Assembly: GCA_963695185.1 (NCBI GenBank)
Contig: CAVOGH010000003.1
Location: 270,499 to 334,498, forward strand
Origin: an uncultured Gemmatimonadales bacterium
GTDB lineage: Bacteria > Gemmatimonadota > Gemmatimonadetes > Gemmatimonadales > GWC2-71-9
Direction of reading: 5' to 3'
Length of the DNA stretch: 64,000 bases
Shown: in pieces, positions 1-7,795 of the stretch
Layout: each line of letters begins with the position of its first letter
How positions within the stretch are numbered: the first letter of the stretch is position 1
Made by a program: the position numbers and the translations under genes
Notes under the pieces: generated by a model
The model's database searches: none
Told to the model about the DNA's origin: nothing
The model's input: the letters and a program-made list of their open reading frames with translations, nothing else

Positions 1-1
1 A

Positions 2-154
2 GCGGGGCGTCTGCGCCACCGCGCCTGGCAGGGAGTCTGGGCAGCGCTGGTGCTGGCCATCGGCATCGACATCGGGTTGTTCTATCGTCTGACCCCGGCG
101 GACCGGGCGCCGGCGGCGCACCATCATGAGGCAGCGGAACACGGAGCGCCCTGA
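2..154 (+). CDS. 3' end of an upstream gene (C-terminal fragment, product unknown)
   Basis: Frame starting at nt 2 is open from the window edge to TGA 152-154. It encodes ..AWQGVWAALVLAIGIDIGLFYRL.. (one hydrophobic helix). No family recognised. Confidence 0.25.
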   Translation, partial: AGRLRHRAWQGVWAALVLAIGIDIGLFYRLTPADRAPAAHHHEAAEHGAP

Positions 155-236
155 CTCGCCCGCACCGCCGGTCCGTGTGGGGACACGCGGGTCGCCACGG
201 TCTCATGCATCAATCGTTACTCGGGAGAACGGCATC

Positions 237-1394
237 ATGCGCGTCCTTGTGCTTGGCTGCGGCGAGATGGCCAAGGTGGCCATCAGAGACCTGGTGGATC
301 ATCCGGTGTTCAATCACGTGACGATCGGTAGCCGGCACCCGCGTGCCGCCGAAGAGTTCCTCGGGACGTTCGACCATGGTGTCGTGCATGCGCGGGTGGT
401 GTCCGTGGATGTGCAGGACCATGCGTCCCTCGCGGGGCTGATGAAGCAGCACGACGTGGTATGTAATCTCGCGGGGCCGAACTACCTCAACGCGGTCCCG
501 GTGGCCCGGGCCGCGATCGCGGCCCAGCGAAGCCTGGTGGATGTGTCGGACGATTTCGCCGCGACACTCGAGCTGCTCGACATGCATGAGGATGCCGTCC
601 GGGCGGGGATCACCATTGTGGTCGGACTCGGCGCCAGTCCGGGCGTGACCAACATCCTCGCGCGGTACGGGGCGGATCGCCTCGACCGGGTCGAGGAAGT
701 GCGCACCTCCTGGATCATGCGCGGCTCGGACATGGGTGGCCTGGCGTTGTGCAAGCACTTGCTGTTCTCCAACACCCACCGGGCGTTCGTCTTCGAAGAA
801 GGCCAGATGCACGAGGTCCGCCCCTTCGTGGACGGACGTGAGACGATCGAATACCCCATCCTGGGGCCGGTCGAGGTGATGCACATCGGGCACCCCGAGC
901 CGTTCACGCTGTCACGCTACATTCCGGGCGTCCGATACGCCGATGACAAGGCGACATTCCTGCCGGTCGAAGTCAACGACCTGCTCATGGAGCTCGGCCG
1001 CGTGGCCCGGTCAGGGCACCCGGTGACGGTGGATGGAGGGCCGGTGGACCCGATGGAATTTGCGGCCAGCTACGTGCTGCAAACCTGCCGTCGGCTGGAG
1101 GGTGTGTCCCAGACCGGCGCACTCCGCACCGAGGTGAGAGGTGAGCTGGCGGGCCGGCCGGTGCGCCTGGTCTATTCCGCGGCGGGCCGCATCGGGATCG
1201 GCACCGGGGTGCCCGCCGCGATCGGCGCGATGCTCCTGGCCATCCGCAAGATCGACAAGCCGGGCGTGTGGCCGCCGGAGGCCTGCATCGAGCCCGAATG
1301 GTTCCTGGCGGCGGTGCAGCGGCGTAACATCGCCACGATCGACGAGCAGCTGTTCGACTGGGAGCGGGAGCCAGTAGCGAGCGCGGCTCGATGA
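237..1394 (+). CDS. Saccharopine dehydrogenase-family NAD(P)-binding oxidoreductase
   Basis: ATG 237 is preceded by GGGAGA and followed by the Rossmann motif MRVLVLGCGEMAKV. Overall resemblance to the saccharopine dehydrogenase / homospermidine-synthase-like family. The stop overlaps the next start (ATGA 1391-1394). The 126 start in the track adds an Arg/Pro-rich extension that looks non-coding. Confidence 0.75.
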   Translation: MRVLVLGCGEMAKVAIRDLVDHPVFNHVTIGSRHPRAAEEFLGTFDHGVVHARVVSVDVQDHASLAGLMKQHDVVCNLAGPNYLNAVPVARAAIAAQRSLVDVSDDFAATLELLDMHEDAVRAGITIVVGLGASPGVTNILARYGADRLDRVEEVRTSWIMRGSDMGGLALCKHLLFSNTHRAFVFEEGQMHEVRPFVDGRETIEYPILGPVEVMHIGHPEPFTLSRYIPGVRYADDKATFLPVEVNDLLMELGRVARSGHPVTVDGGPVDPMEFAASYVLQTCRRLEGVSQTGALRTEVRGELAGRPVRLVYSAAGRIGIGTGVPAAIGAMLLAIRKIDKPGVWPPEACIEPEWFLAAVQRRNIATIDEQLFDWEREPVASAAR

Positions 1395-2671
1395 CCGGCC
1401 TGCTGCAACTGGCCATTCCAGTGTTCCTCGCCGCCGCCGTGGTCGAGTGGCTCATCAGCCGGAGGCGTGGGTGGGTCGTGCACCGGTTGGCGGATAGCAT
1501 CACCGACCTGGGGTGTGGCATGCTGAGCCAGCTGACGGAACTGTTCCTCGTGGTGCTTTCCGTTGGAGGGTATCGTTTCGTTCAGGAGCAGTGGACCCTG
1601 CAGCTGCTGACCGGTGCGCCGCCTTGGCCCACGGGTCCGGGCGGCTGGGTGCTGGCGTTTCTCCTCGCGGATGTCGGCCAGTACGTGGTGCACCGCATTT
1701 CCCACCGAATGAGCTTCCTGTGGGCCTGTCACGTCGTGCATCATTCCAGCGAAGAGCTGAACTACACTGTCGCGATGCGAAATACCAGCCTGCACGGGCT
1801 GTTCATCTGGGTATTCACCCTTCCGCTCGCCTTCATCGGGCTTCCCTGGCAGATGTTTGCCGCGTCGTATGGCCTGAACGTGCTCTACCAGTTCTGGCTC
1901 CACACCCGGCTTGTCGGTCGACTGGGTCCCCTCGAGTGGGTGCTCAATACCCCATCCCACCACCGCGTTCACCACGGCCGCGATCGGGAATACGTGGATC
2001 GCAACTTCGGCGGAGTCCTGATCATCTGGGACCGCCTCTTCGGTACCTTCGCGGAAGAACGACAGGAGCCGGAGTACGGAGTCCAACCGCGATTCAGAAG
2101 CAGCAATCCGGTGTGGGCAAATCTCGATGGATGGGTGGAGATCGGCCGCGCGTGGCGGCGTGCTGGTGACTGGCGAGGGCGGGCTCGCGCGGTGTTCGGT
2201 CCCCCCGACTGGAAGACCGGTCCCGACCCCGAACGGGACTCCAAGTTCGCCATTGCCCCTGCCGCGCTGGGTTACGCCCTTGCGCAGCTTGGCGTCGCGA
2301 TCGTGCTGACGCTCCTGGTGCTCCGGCATGCGCCGCAGCTGTCGTGGGCCGAGCGGTTCGTGGCGCTCGTGGTCATCGCCGCCACGGTCGGGTCGGTCGG
2401 AGGCCTTCTTGATGGCCGGGCATGGGTCCCGCGGATCGAGCGATTGCGGCTTGGCGCCCTCGGCTTGGGCGGCCTCGCCGCCCTGCGACTCGAGCGGACC
2501 ACTCCCACCAGTGTGCTGGTGGCCGTCACCGCCTATGTCCTGCTAAGCGCCGGTTGGTTCTGGCTCGTCCGCCGGGAGAGCCCATCCCCCGCACGCCAGT
2601 CTTCGGGGCAGCTGACTGCACAGGTCAGCGGATCACGAGGCATGTCAGCGGCATCACCGCCGCCAAGGTGA
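1391..2671 (+). CDS. Fatty acid hydroxylase / sterol desaturase-family membrane protein
   Basis: His boxes HRISH, HVVHH and HHRVHH with N-terminal TM helices. An extra hydrophobic C-terminal domain is present. Translationally coupled to the upstream gene. Confidence 0.75.
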   Translation: MTGLLQLAIPVFLAAAVVEWLISRRRGWVVHRLADSITDLGCGMLSQLTELFLVVLSVGGYRFVQEQWTLQLLTGAPPWPTGPGGWVLAFLLADVGQYVVHRISHRMSFLWACHVVHHSSEELNYTVAMRNTSLHGLFIWVFTLPLAFIGLPWQMFAASYGLNVLYQFWLHTRLVGRLGPLEWVLNTPSHHRVHHGRDREYVDRNFGGVLIIWDRLFGTFAEERQEPEYGVQPRFRSSNPVWANLDGWVEIGRAWRRAGDWRGRARAVFGPPDWKTGPDPERDSKFAIAPAALGYALAQLGVAIVLTLLVLRHAPQLSWAERFVALVVIAATVGSVGGLLDGRAWVPRIERLRLGALGLGGLAALRLERTTPTSVLVAVTAYVLLSAGWFWLVRRESPSPARQSSGQLTAQVSGSRGMSAASPPPR

Positions 2672-3215
2672 GGACGCTGCCGGGTCCTGGAGCTTCAGCC
2701 GTAGATTCGGGTCCTTCACTTCTGCTACAAGGTCATCAAGGCGTGCCATGTATGCTGCCAGTTCATTATGAGATTCTTTTTGTGTTCCGGTGAAGTGTGG
2801 CGTCCATTCCACTCGCCCGGATGATTCCTAGGACCGTCTCGCAACGGCCCTGGCGGAGGTGACACGGAACTGCAATGCAGCTTGCTGTCTGTGAAAAGGA
2901 TTTGGGCGTGCTTCTATGACGAACCCTCTGCAGGAGTAGGCCTGCTCACGGCGATTTCGGAGCGGTATTCGCGCACAGGTCTTTCTTAGCAGGCTTTCTC
3001 GACTAGATCAACTCAGCGCTGTGTTCAAGAATGTCATTGGGTATCCATCGGAGACCGATAATCCGCGCCTGATCAGATGATAGTAAGCCACGATTGATCG
3101 TAACCTGATGTTGAGCAAGCGGTTCGGCAAGTCACGGATCATCGCCCTTCAGCTTGCGCTGCGACGAGTATCCGGTGAACAGCCCAGCTCTTCCTATCTC
3201 TTATCCCCCCCCTTC

Positions 3216-3246
3216 TTGACCTCCCCAATCTTCGGTGTATCTTCGG
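3216..3246 (+). promoter_or_regulatory. Conserved promoter with direct-repeat operator, copy 1 (TTGACC-N16-TATCTT; ATCTTCGGTGTATCTTCGG)
   Basis: -35 TTGACC at 3216-3221, 16-nt spacer, -10 TATCTT at 3238-3243. ATCTTCGG occurs at 3228-3235 and 3239-3246 (11-bp phasing), and the second unit overlaps the -10. The same architecture recurs at 5427-5457 and 7616-7646. Confidence 0.6.
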
Positions 3247-3289
3247 TTTCACGCACCTGCTCCACCGGACCGACGGCCCCGAGGACCCC

Positions 3290-3451
3290 ATGACCACCAC
3301 CCCCAGACCCCAGCTCCTGCCCACCCGGTACCAGGTCACTAACCCGTTGATCAGCAACCAGATCCGGGTCTGCCCCGAGTGCGCCGGCCCGGTGGCCCAC
3401 AACTCCGGCTGCGTCTCCTGCCGGCAGTGCGGCTGGGGGAAGTGCGGGTAG
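3290..3451 (+). CDS. Small zinc-ribbon protein (53 aa), hypothetical
   Basis: Not in the ORF track (<60 aa). ATG 3290 to TAG 3449-3451 encodes MTTTPRPQLLPTRYQVTNPLISNQIRVCPECAGPVAHNSGCVSCRQCGWGKCG, with CPEC..C..CxxC cysteines. It lies ~45 nt downstream of promoter copy 1. A degenerate homologue of its 5' part lies in the rSAM leader (7660-7740). Confidence 0.45.
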   Translation: MTTTPRPQLLPTRYQVTNPLISNQIRVCPECAGPVAHNSGCVSCRQCGWGKCG

Positions 3452-3453
3452 AC

Positions 3454-3589
3454 GGTTGGGCGATTCGACGACTCGGCGACTTGCGTAAGGTCGGGGTCGG
3501 TGCCGACGAGGAAATGCTGGTACTCTCATCAGGCTGAGCAGCCCGGAGTCCGCGCCGAGCCCCTTCACTTAGCGAATCACCCAACCACC
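3454..3589. repeat. MITE-like palindromic element, subfamily A1 (octamer-array termini)
   Basis: Terminal inverted repeats GGTTGGGCGATTCG / CGAATCACCCAACC. The reverse complement aligns over most of its length with 10190-10336 inside imuB; shared blocks include CTAAGTGAAGGGCTCGGCGCGGA, GAGAGTACCAG, TCGTCGGCACCGA and ACCTTACGC-AGTCGCCGAGTCG. It starts 2 nt after the small-ORF TAG. Confidence 0.75.
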
Positions 3590-3713
3590 TTGCACCCCGA
3601 GCACCCCATGTCCGACTTCGCCAATCCATCCGGTAGCGCTGACGCCCAAGGCCCAGGCCCGCGCCTACACCACCGCGATCCTCGCCGCACTCGGCGACCG
3701 GGACCCGCTCCAG

Positions 3714-4154
3714 GTGCTGCATGAGACGCCCGATGCCCTGCGCCAGCTGGTCGCCGGCAAGAGCCCCGGCTCGCTGGCCCGCGCCGAGGCGCCCGGCAAA
3801 TGGTCGGTGCGCCAGGTGCTGCAGCACCTGGCCGACAGCGAAATCGTCGGTGGGTTCCGCTTCCGCATGGCCATCGCCCAGGACCGGACCACCGTCACCG
3901 GCTACGACCAGGATATCTGGGCCCAGCAGCTCCGCTACCAGGACACCGATCCCGCCGCCGCCATCGCCGACTTCAGCGCCGTCCGCCGCATGAACATGGT
4001 ACTGTTCGATCGTGCCACCCCGGCCGAACTGGCCCGCGCCGTCATCCACGCCGAACGGGGCGAGGAAACCCTGGCCCACATGATCCGGATGTACGCCGGC
4101 CACGACCTGGTGCACCGGCGGCAGATCGAGCGGATCCTGAAGTCGGGCAGCTAG
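3714..4154 (+). CDS. DinB-superfamily (DinB_2-like) metal-dependent protein
   Basis: Motifs ..WSVRQVLQHLADSE.. and C-terminal ..YAGHDLVHRRQIERIL are typical of the DinB four-helix-bundle family. GTG 3714 is the first start after the in-frame TGA 3639-3641. An ATG at 3608 is in another frame, so the 5' end is uncertain (possible indel). Confidence 0.7.
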   Translation: MLHETPDALRQLVAGKSPGSLARAEAPGKWSVRQVLQHLADSEIVGGFRFRMAIAQDRTTVTGYDQDIWAQQLRYQDTDPAAAIADFSAVRRMNMVLFDRATPAELARAVIHAERGEETLAHMIRMYAGHDLVHRRQIERILKSGS

Positions 4155-4375
4155 ACGATTCGGCTCTTCGGTCTCAGGGCGAGGGCGGAGGACGGAGGAC
4201 GGTTACCCACGTGAAGTTGACGTCGCCGGCCGGGCGAGGGCGGAGGACGGTTACCCGGCCGCGTGGGGTTGGCGGGGCATGGCCACGCGGCCGGGAACCG
4301 TTCGATGCCCGAGCCGACTCGCAATAGCTGAATCACCAGGTCATTGAAGTGCCGAATACCCAAAGGAGCTCCACC

Positions 4376-4861
4376 ATGGACCCCCGTCTCGCACCACTCG
4401 CCGAGATGCTCCGGCTCAACGATCGCCTGTTCCACAACTGCCTGGCCGATCTCTCCGACCAGAAGGCCCGGGTACGCCCCACCGACGGCACCAACTGCGC
4501 CGCCTTTGTCGCCGCGCACCTGGTGGACTCCCGCTACTACCTGCTCAACGTCCTGGGCACCAAGGACACCACCCCGCTCACCGGCGCCGAGGGGGGCTTC
4601 AACAACATCAACAAGGTGAGCAGCTATCCCTCGCTCGCCGAGATCCGCACGGCGTGGACCGACGCGGGGAAAGCCCTCGCGCAGCGGCTCGGCAAGCTGA
4701 CCAAGGCCCAGCTCGATGCCCCGCTCGATCCCGGCTTCCCGATCGAGAACAAGAGCATGCTGGGCGTGCTGGTCTTCCTGGTGCAGCACGAGGGCTACCA
4801 CCTGGGCCAGCTGGGCCTGCTCCGCAAGCACGCCGGGCTGCCGGCGATGGCGTATGACTAG
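4376..4861 (+). CDS. DinB-superfamily protein (second paralogue type)
   Basis: AAGGAG RBS at 4362-4367, 8 nt before ATG 4376. Motifs ..AAHLVDSRYYL.. and ..LVQHEGYHLGQLGLL.. are typical of DinB/DUF664-like proteins. Confidence 0.7.
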   Translation: MDPRLAPLAEMLRLNDRLFHNCLADLSDQKARVRPTDGTNCAAFVAAHLVDSRYYLLNVLGTKDTTPLTGAEGGFNNINKVSSYPSLAEIRTAWTDAGKALAQRLGKLTKAQLDAPLDPGFPIENKSMLGVLVFLVQHEGYHLGQLGLLRKHAGLPAMAYD

Positions 4862-4862
4862 G

Positions 4863-4935
4863 CGGTTGGGCGGTTCGTTCTCAGGGCCTTGTCGCGGCTC
4901 GCCTGGGTGGGTCCAATGTCGGGGCGAATTGGGAG
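4863..4935. repeat. Octamer-array element, subfamily B (GGCGGTTGGGCGGTTCG..TCTCAGGGC)
   Basis: Starts directly after the TAG of the DinB gene. It shares the TAG-GCGGTTGGG..TCTCAGGGC layout with 4152-4180 and 14364-14400. It overlaps the 3' end of the convergent HTH gene. Confidence 0.45.
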
Positions 4936-5228
4936 ACCCTCGTCTCACCAAAGGGGAATCGTGCCGTGATGACGAGTTCCCCACCCATCGCCTCGATATA
5001 GCGACGCAGGGTGCTCACGAACACGTCGGAGCGCTGTTCGATCTGGGCAATGCCGGATTGCGTGAGACCACTGCTCTCCGCAAGCTGTTCCTGCGTCAAA
5101 GTGAGTGCGCGCCGTAGCGCCTGCAGGGGCATTTCCTCCAGGAGCTGGCGCGTCAGGATCTCGGAGCGCCCCCGGGACTCGGCGGGCATGCGTGCGACGA
5201 GATCACGAAACTTCTTTGTCTTGGGCAT
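4881..5228 (-). CDS. XRE-family helix-turn-helix protein (antitoxin-like)
   Basis: Central HTH LTQEQLAESSGLTQSGIAQIEQ. Its ATG overlaps the stop of an upstream toxin remnant (TAATG), the classic toxin-antitoxin arrangement. Confidence 0.65.
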   Translation of the reverse strand: MPKTKKFRDLVARMPAESRGRSEILTRQLLEEMPLQALRRALTLTQEQLAESSGLTQSGIAQIEQRSDVFVSTLRRYIEAMGGELVITARFPFGETRVSQFAPTLDPPRRAATRP

Positions 5229-5371
5229 TATATGAGCCCTTCCTTCCGTAGTTCAGCGAGATGCCCGTCAAACAGCTCTTCGGCCCGAGGGACGTTCGCG
5301 TCATACCAGCTATCATCGCCGGTCTTGTTCCCCTGAGCAGAAGGATCGCCATTCGACTTCGTAATATTACG
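5228..5371 (-). pseudogene. RelE/ParE (Gp49-like) toxin remnant, C-terminal third only
   Basis: 47 codons ..GNKTGDDSWYDANVPRAEELFDGHLAELRKEGLI* resemble toxin C-termini of this family. An in-frame TGA lies at 5372-5374, there is no start codon, and the local sequence is AT-richer. Confidence 0.5.
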
Positions 5372-5426
5372 TCAAGCTAATATGTTGCTCCCCGAGAAAG
5401 GCCTCCCCGCTGGTCATCATCCTCTT

Positions 5427-5457
5427 CTTGGCCTCTTTAATCTGCGGTGTATCTTCG
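5427..5457 (+). promoter_or_regulatory. Conserved promoter with direct-repeat operator, copy 2 (TTGGCC-N16-TATCTT; ATCTGCGGTGTATCTTCGG)
   Basis: Same geometry as copy 1: -35 at 5427-5432, -10 at 5449-5454, motif at 5439-5457, then GGTCAC and an AGGAG RBS. Confidence 0.5.
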
Positions 5458-5476
5458 GGTCACAGGAGATGACTTC

Positions 5477-5716
5477 ATGTTCCAACTGACCCGGGATGAG
5501 GCTGCAAACTTGAAGTCACAATTTGTGACCTCAAGTTTGGCGACTCAGGCTGAGGCGGCAATCTTGAAATCACAAACTGTGATCTCAAGTTCTGGCTGGG
5601 GTGGCCAGCGGTTCTCGCCCCGCTATCGGGTTCCGGTGATGAGGGCCGGGGACCCGACCGTTCACCGGCGCTCCCCGGTGAGACGCGCGAGAGCGTCCCT
5701 GGCCTCCGCCACATAG
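5477..5716 (+). pseudogene. ORF6N/KilA-N-like domain protein remnant
   Basis: MFQLTRDEAANLKSQFVTSS..LKSQTVISSSGWGGQRF matches the conserved C-terminal half of ORF6N-domain proteins (FMFQLT.EE..NL[RK]SQ[IF]VTS..WGG.R). The N-terminal half is absent and the LKSQxVxS unit is duplicated. The 3' end runs into the convergent gene. Confidence 0.45.
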
Positions 5717-6681
5717 GGCTGGAGCTCTGGATCGGCGCGCCGCCAGGAATCCACCACATACTGGTAGGACCGGATGGCCGTCTCGCGGTCGCCGAGCCGC
5801 TCGGCGATCCGCCCCTGCTCGAGCCGCGCGAGCACGGCGATCGGGCCGAGAACCATCGTCAGCAGGTGGTCGAGCTGGCTAGCGGCCAGCGTCTCCTGCC
5901 CGCGCGCCGCCAAGAGAGTCGCCTGCTTCAGGACATAGAAGCAGTCGATGCTACTGCACGCGCTGGTGGGCACCGCGCCGAATTGGCGGAGGGCCTCAGT
6001 GGTGTCACCGAGGGCGAGCGCCAGATACGCCGCCGACGCCTGCTCGAGGTAACCGGCCCGGAGCCGGCGCACCGGATCTCCGGCCCGCGCGCCGGCATCC
6101 CGCATGCGGCGACCAAAGAGCGCGAGCGCCGCGGTGTCTTGCTGCATTGTCCACCACCCGAGGCCCTTGAGGCTGCGGGAGGAGCCGTCGCCAAAAGCGA
6201 AACCGGGCTGCAGTGAGGGGGCGAAAGCGCGGGCCGCCTCGTCCCGAGGTATCGCGCGGAGCAGCGCCAGGTCACGGAAGGGGTCCTGGAACCAGGACCA
6301 GGGCGAGAGGGTGGGATCGGCGAGGAGCGCCCGGTTGGTGCGATAGGCCTCCGCCAGATGGCCCCGTCTCGCGAGCGCCATCGCCACGAACTGCAGGCGC
6401 ATCAGGGAATCCACCACCCAGGGAGTGGATTCCCCCTCGCGCATCCGCCGCGCCGCCAGCCGCCGGAACAGCATCACGGCGGTTTCCGCAGAGTCCGGAA
6501 TGTAGATGAATACCTCGATCGCCGCGGTGAACAGCACGCCTGCCGCGGCCGCATCGAGTTGTCCGGCCAGGTCCTTCTCTCGCCGGTCCTCCGGAGTCAG
6601 CAGGAGGCGGCTGGTGAGTCCCAGGGCGGAGCTGGTCACGCCGGGCAGGGCCAGGCGAGTTACCGCTCGCGCGTAGGGCAA
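5662..6681 (-). CDS. Helical-repeat (TPR-like) protein, hypothetical
   Basis: 339-aa Ala/Leu-rich all-helical ORF. It resembles the TPR-like C-terminal regions of multidomain regulators, but no catalytic domain is seen. Its 5' end abuts the pseudogene at 6700, so it may be truncated. Confidence 0.45.
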   Translation of the reverse strand: MPYARAVTRLALPGVTSSALGLTSRLLLTPEDRREKDLAGQLDAAAAGVLFTAAIEVFIYIPDSAETAVMLFRRLAARRMREGESTPWVVDSLMRLQFVAMALARRGHLAEAYRTNRALLADPTLSPWSWFQDPFRDLALLRAIPRDEAARAFAPSLQPGFAFGDGSSRSLKGLGWWTMQQDTAALALFGRRMRDAGARAGDPVRRLRAGYLEQASAAYLALALGDTTEALRQFGAVPTSACSSIDCFYVLKQATLLAARGQETLAASQLDHLLTMVLGPIAVLARLEQGRIAERLGDRETAIRSYQYVVDSWRRADPELQPYVAEARDALARLTGERR

Positions 6682-6699
6682 GGCGCGTTCCGGCCCGCC

Positions 6700-7604
6700 C
6701 AGCTGCGCCGGAGGCCCGGGCGGTCATTGACGCGGGCAGGAGCCTGGTGGACGTCTCGGATGAACTCTCCGCAACGCTCGAGCTGCTCGACCTCCACGCC
6801 GACGCCGCTCGCGCCGGCATCACCATCGCGGTCGGCCTCGGCGTCGGCCCGGGCATCACCAACATCCTCGCGCGGTACGGGGCGGACCGCCGGGACCGGG
6901 TCGAGGAGGTGCACACCTCCTGGATCAGGCGCGCCTCGGACATGGGCGGACGGGCCCTGGCCATGCACCTGCTCTACTCGAACGCCCACCGCGCGTTCGA
7001 CTTCGCGGACGCCGCGATGCGTGAAGTCCGGCCCTTCGAGGATGGCCGGGAGACCATCGACGACCCGGTCCTGGGTCCCGTCGAGGTGACCCAGATCGGC
7101 CACTCGAACCCTCGCCCTGTCGCGCTACCTCCCGGGACATCCGGCATGCGGACGACGAGGCCACGTATCCTCCCGATGCAGGTGAACGACCTCCTCAAGG
7201 AGCTGGGGCGCGTTGCCCGGTCGGGGCATCCGGTCATGGTCGAAGGACGGCCGGTGGACCGGATGGCCTTCGCGGCCAGCTCTGTGCAGCAGAGCGCCGC
7301 GCCTGGCGGGAGAATCGCAGACCGGCGCGCTGCGCACCGAGGTGCGGGGGGAACTGGCCGGCCGGCCGGTGCGCCTCGTCGATGCCTCCGCGGCCGGATC
7401 GGCATCGGGACCGGAGTGCCGGCCTCGATCGGCGCGATGCTGCTCGCCATCGGCAAGATCGACAAGCCCGGCGTCTGGCCGCCGGAAGCCTGCATCGACC
7501 TCGGAGTGGTTCCTGTCCGCCATCGAGCGGCGGCACATCGGCAATATCGAGGAACAGGTGTTCGACTGGGACCGGCCGGGGAGCCCAGCGCCGTGTCGAG
7601 ATAG
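6700..7604 (+). pseudogene. Saccharopine dehydrogenase-family paralogue, 5'-truncated and multiply frameshifted
   Basis: Homologous to residues ~135-420 of the 237-1394 gene. Compare VDVSDELSATLELLD..GITNILARYGADR.. with VDVSDDFAATLELLD..GVTNILARYGADR... Homologous segments alternate between two frames (e.g. ESQTGALRTEVRGELAGRPVRLV and EWFLSAIERRHIGNIEEQVFDW lie in the 7213 frame). The Rossmann N-terminus is missing. Confidence 0.8.
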
Positions 7605-7615
7605 ACCAGCCATCC

Positions 7616-7646
7616 TTGCCCTCCCTGATCTTCGGTATATCTTCGG
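7616..7646 (+). promoter_or_regulatory. Conserved promoter with direct-repeat operator, copy 3 (TTGCCC-N16-TATCTT; ATCTTCGGTATATCTTCGG)
   Basis: -35 at 7616-7621, -10 at 7638-7643, motif at 7628-7646. It sits ~150 nt upstream of the rSAM-imuB genes. The downstream leader is homologous to the copy-1 leader and small ORF. Confidence 0.6.
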
Positions 7647-7795
7647 GTCACACGCCACCCGAGGACCCGATGCCGCCTCCCCCAACTCCATCTCGTCCAG
7701 GCCCAGCATCAGGCCGCTAACTCGTTGATCGGCAACCAGATCCATACGTGTACGCGGGGTCGGCAGGACGCCGACTCCACCGAGGCCCGGCCCAC

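Noticed and set aside
3500-3724. ORF with ATG 3608 (MSDFANPSGSADAQ..) as the true N-terminus of the first DinB-fold gene
   Set aside because: It is in a different frame from the DinB domain, and an in-frame TGA (3639-3641) precedes GTG 3714. It would need an indel. It also overlaps the MITE-like repeat. Kept only as a caveat on the 5' end.
4177-4256. Direct repeat GGGCGAGGGCGGAGGACGG(AGGACGG)TTACCC x2 between the two DinB-fold genes as a possible regulatory iteron
   Set aside because: There are only two copies. The GGGCGAGGGCG core also flanks the family C palindrome (about 12022 and 12184), so it is more economically part of the same GC-rich repeat debris. No independent evidence for function.
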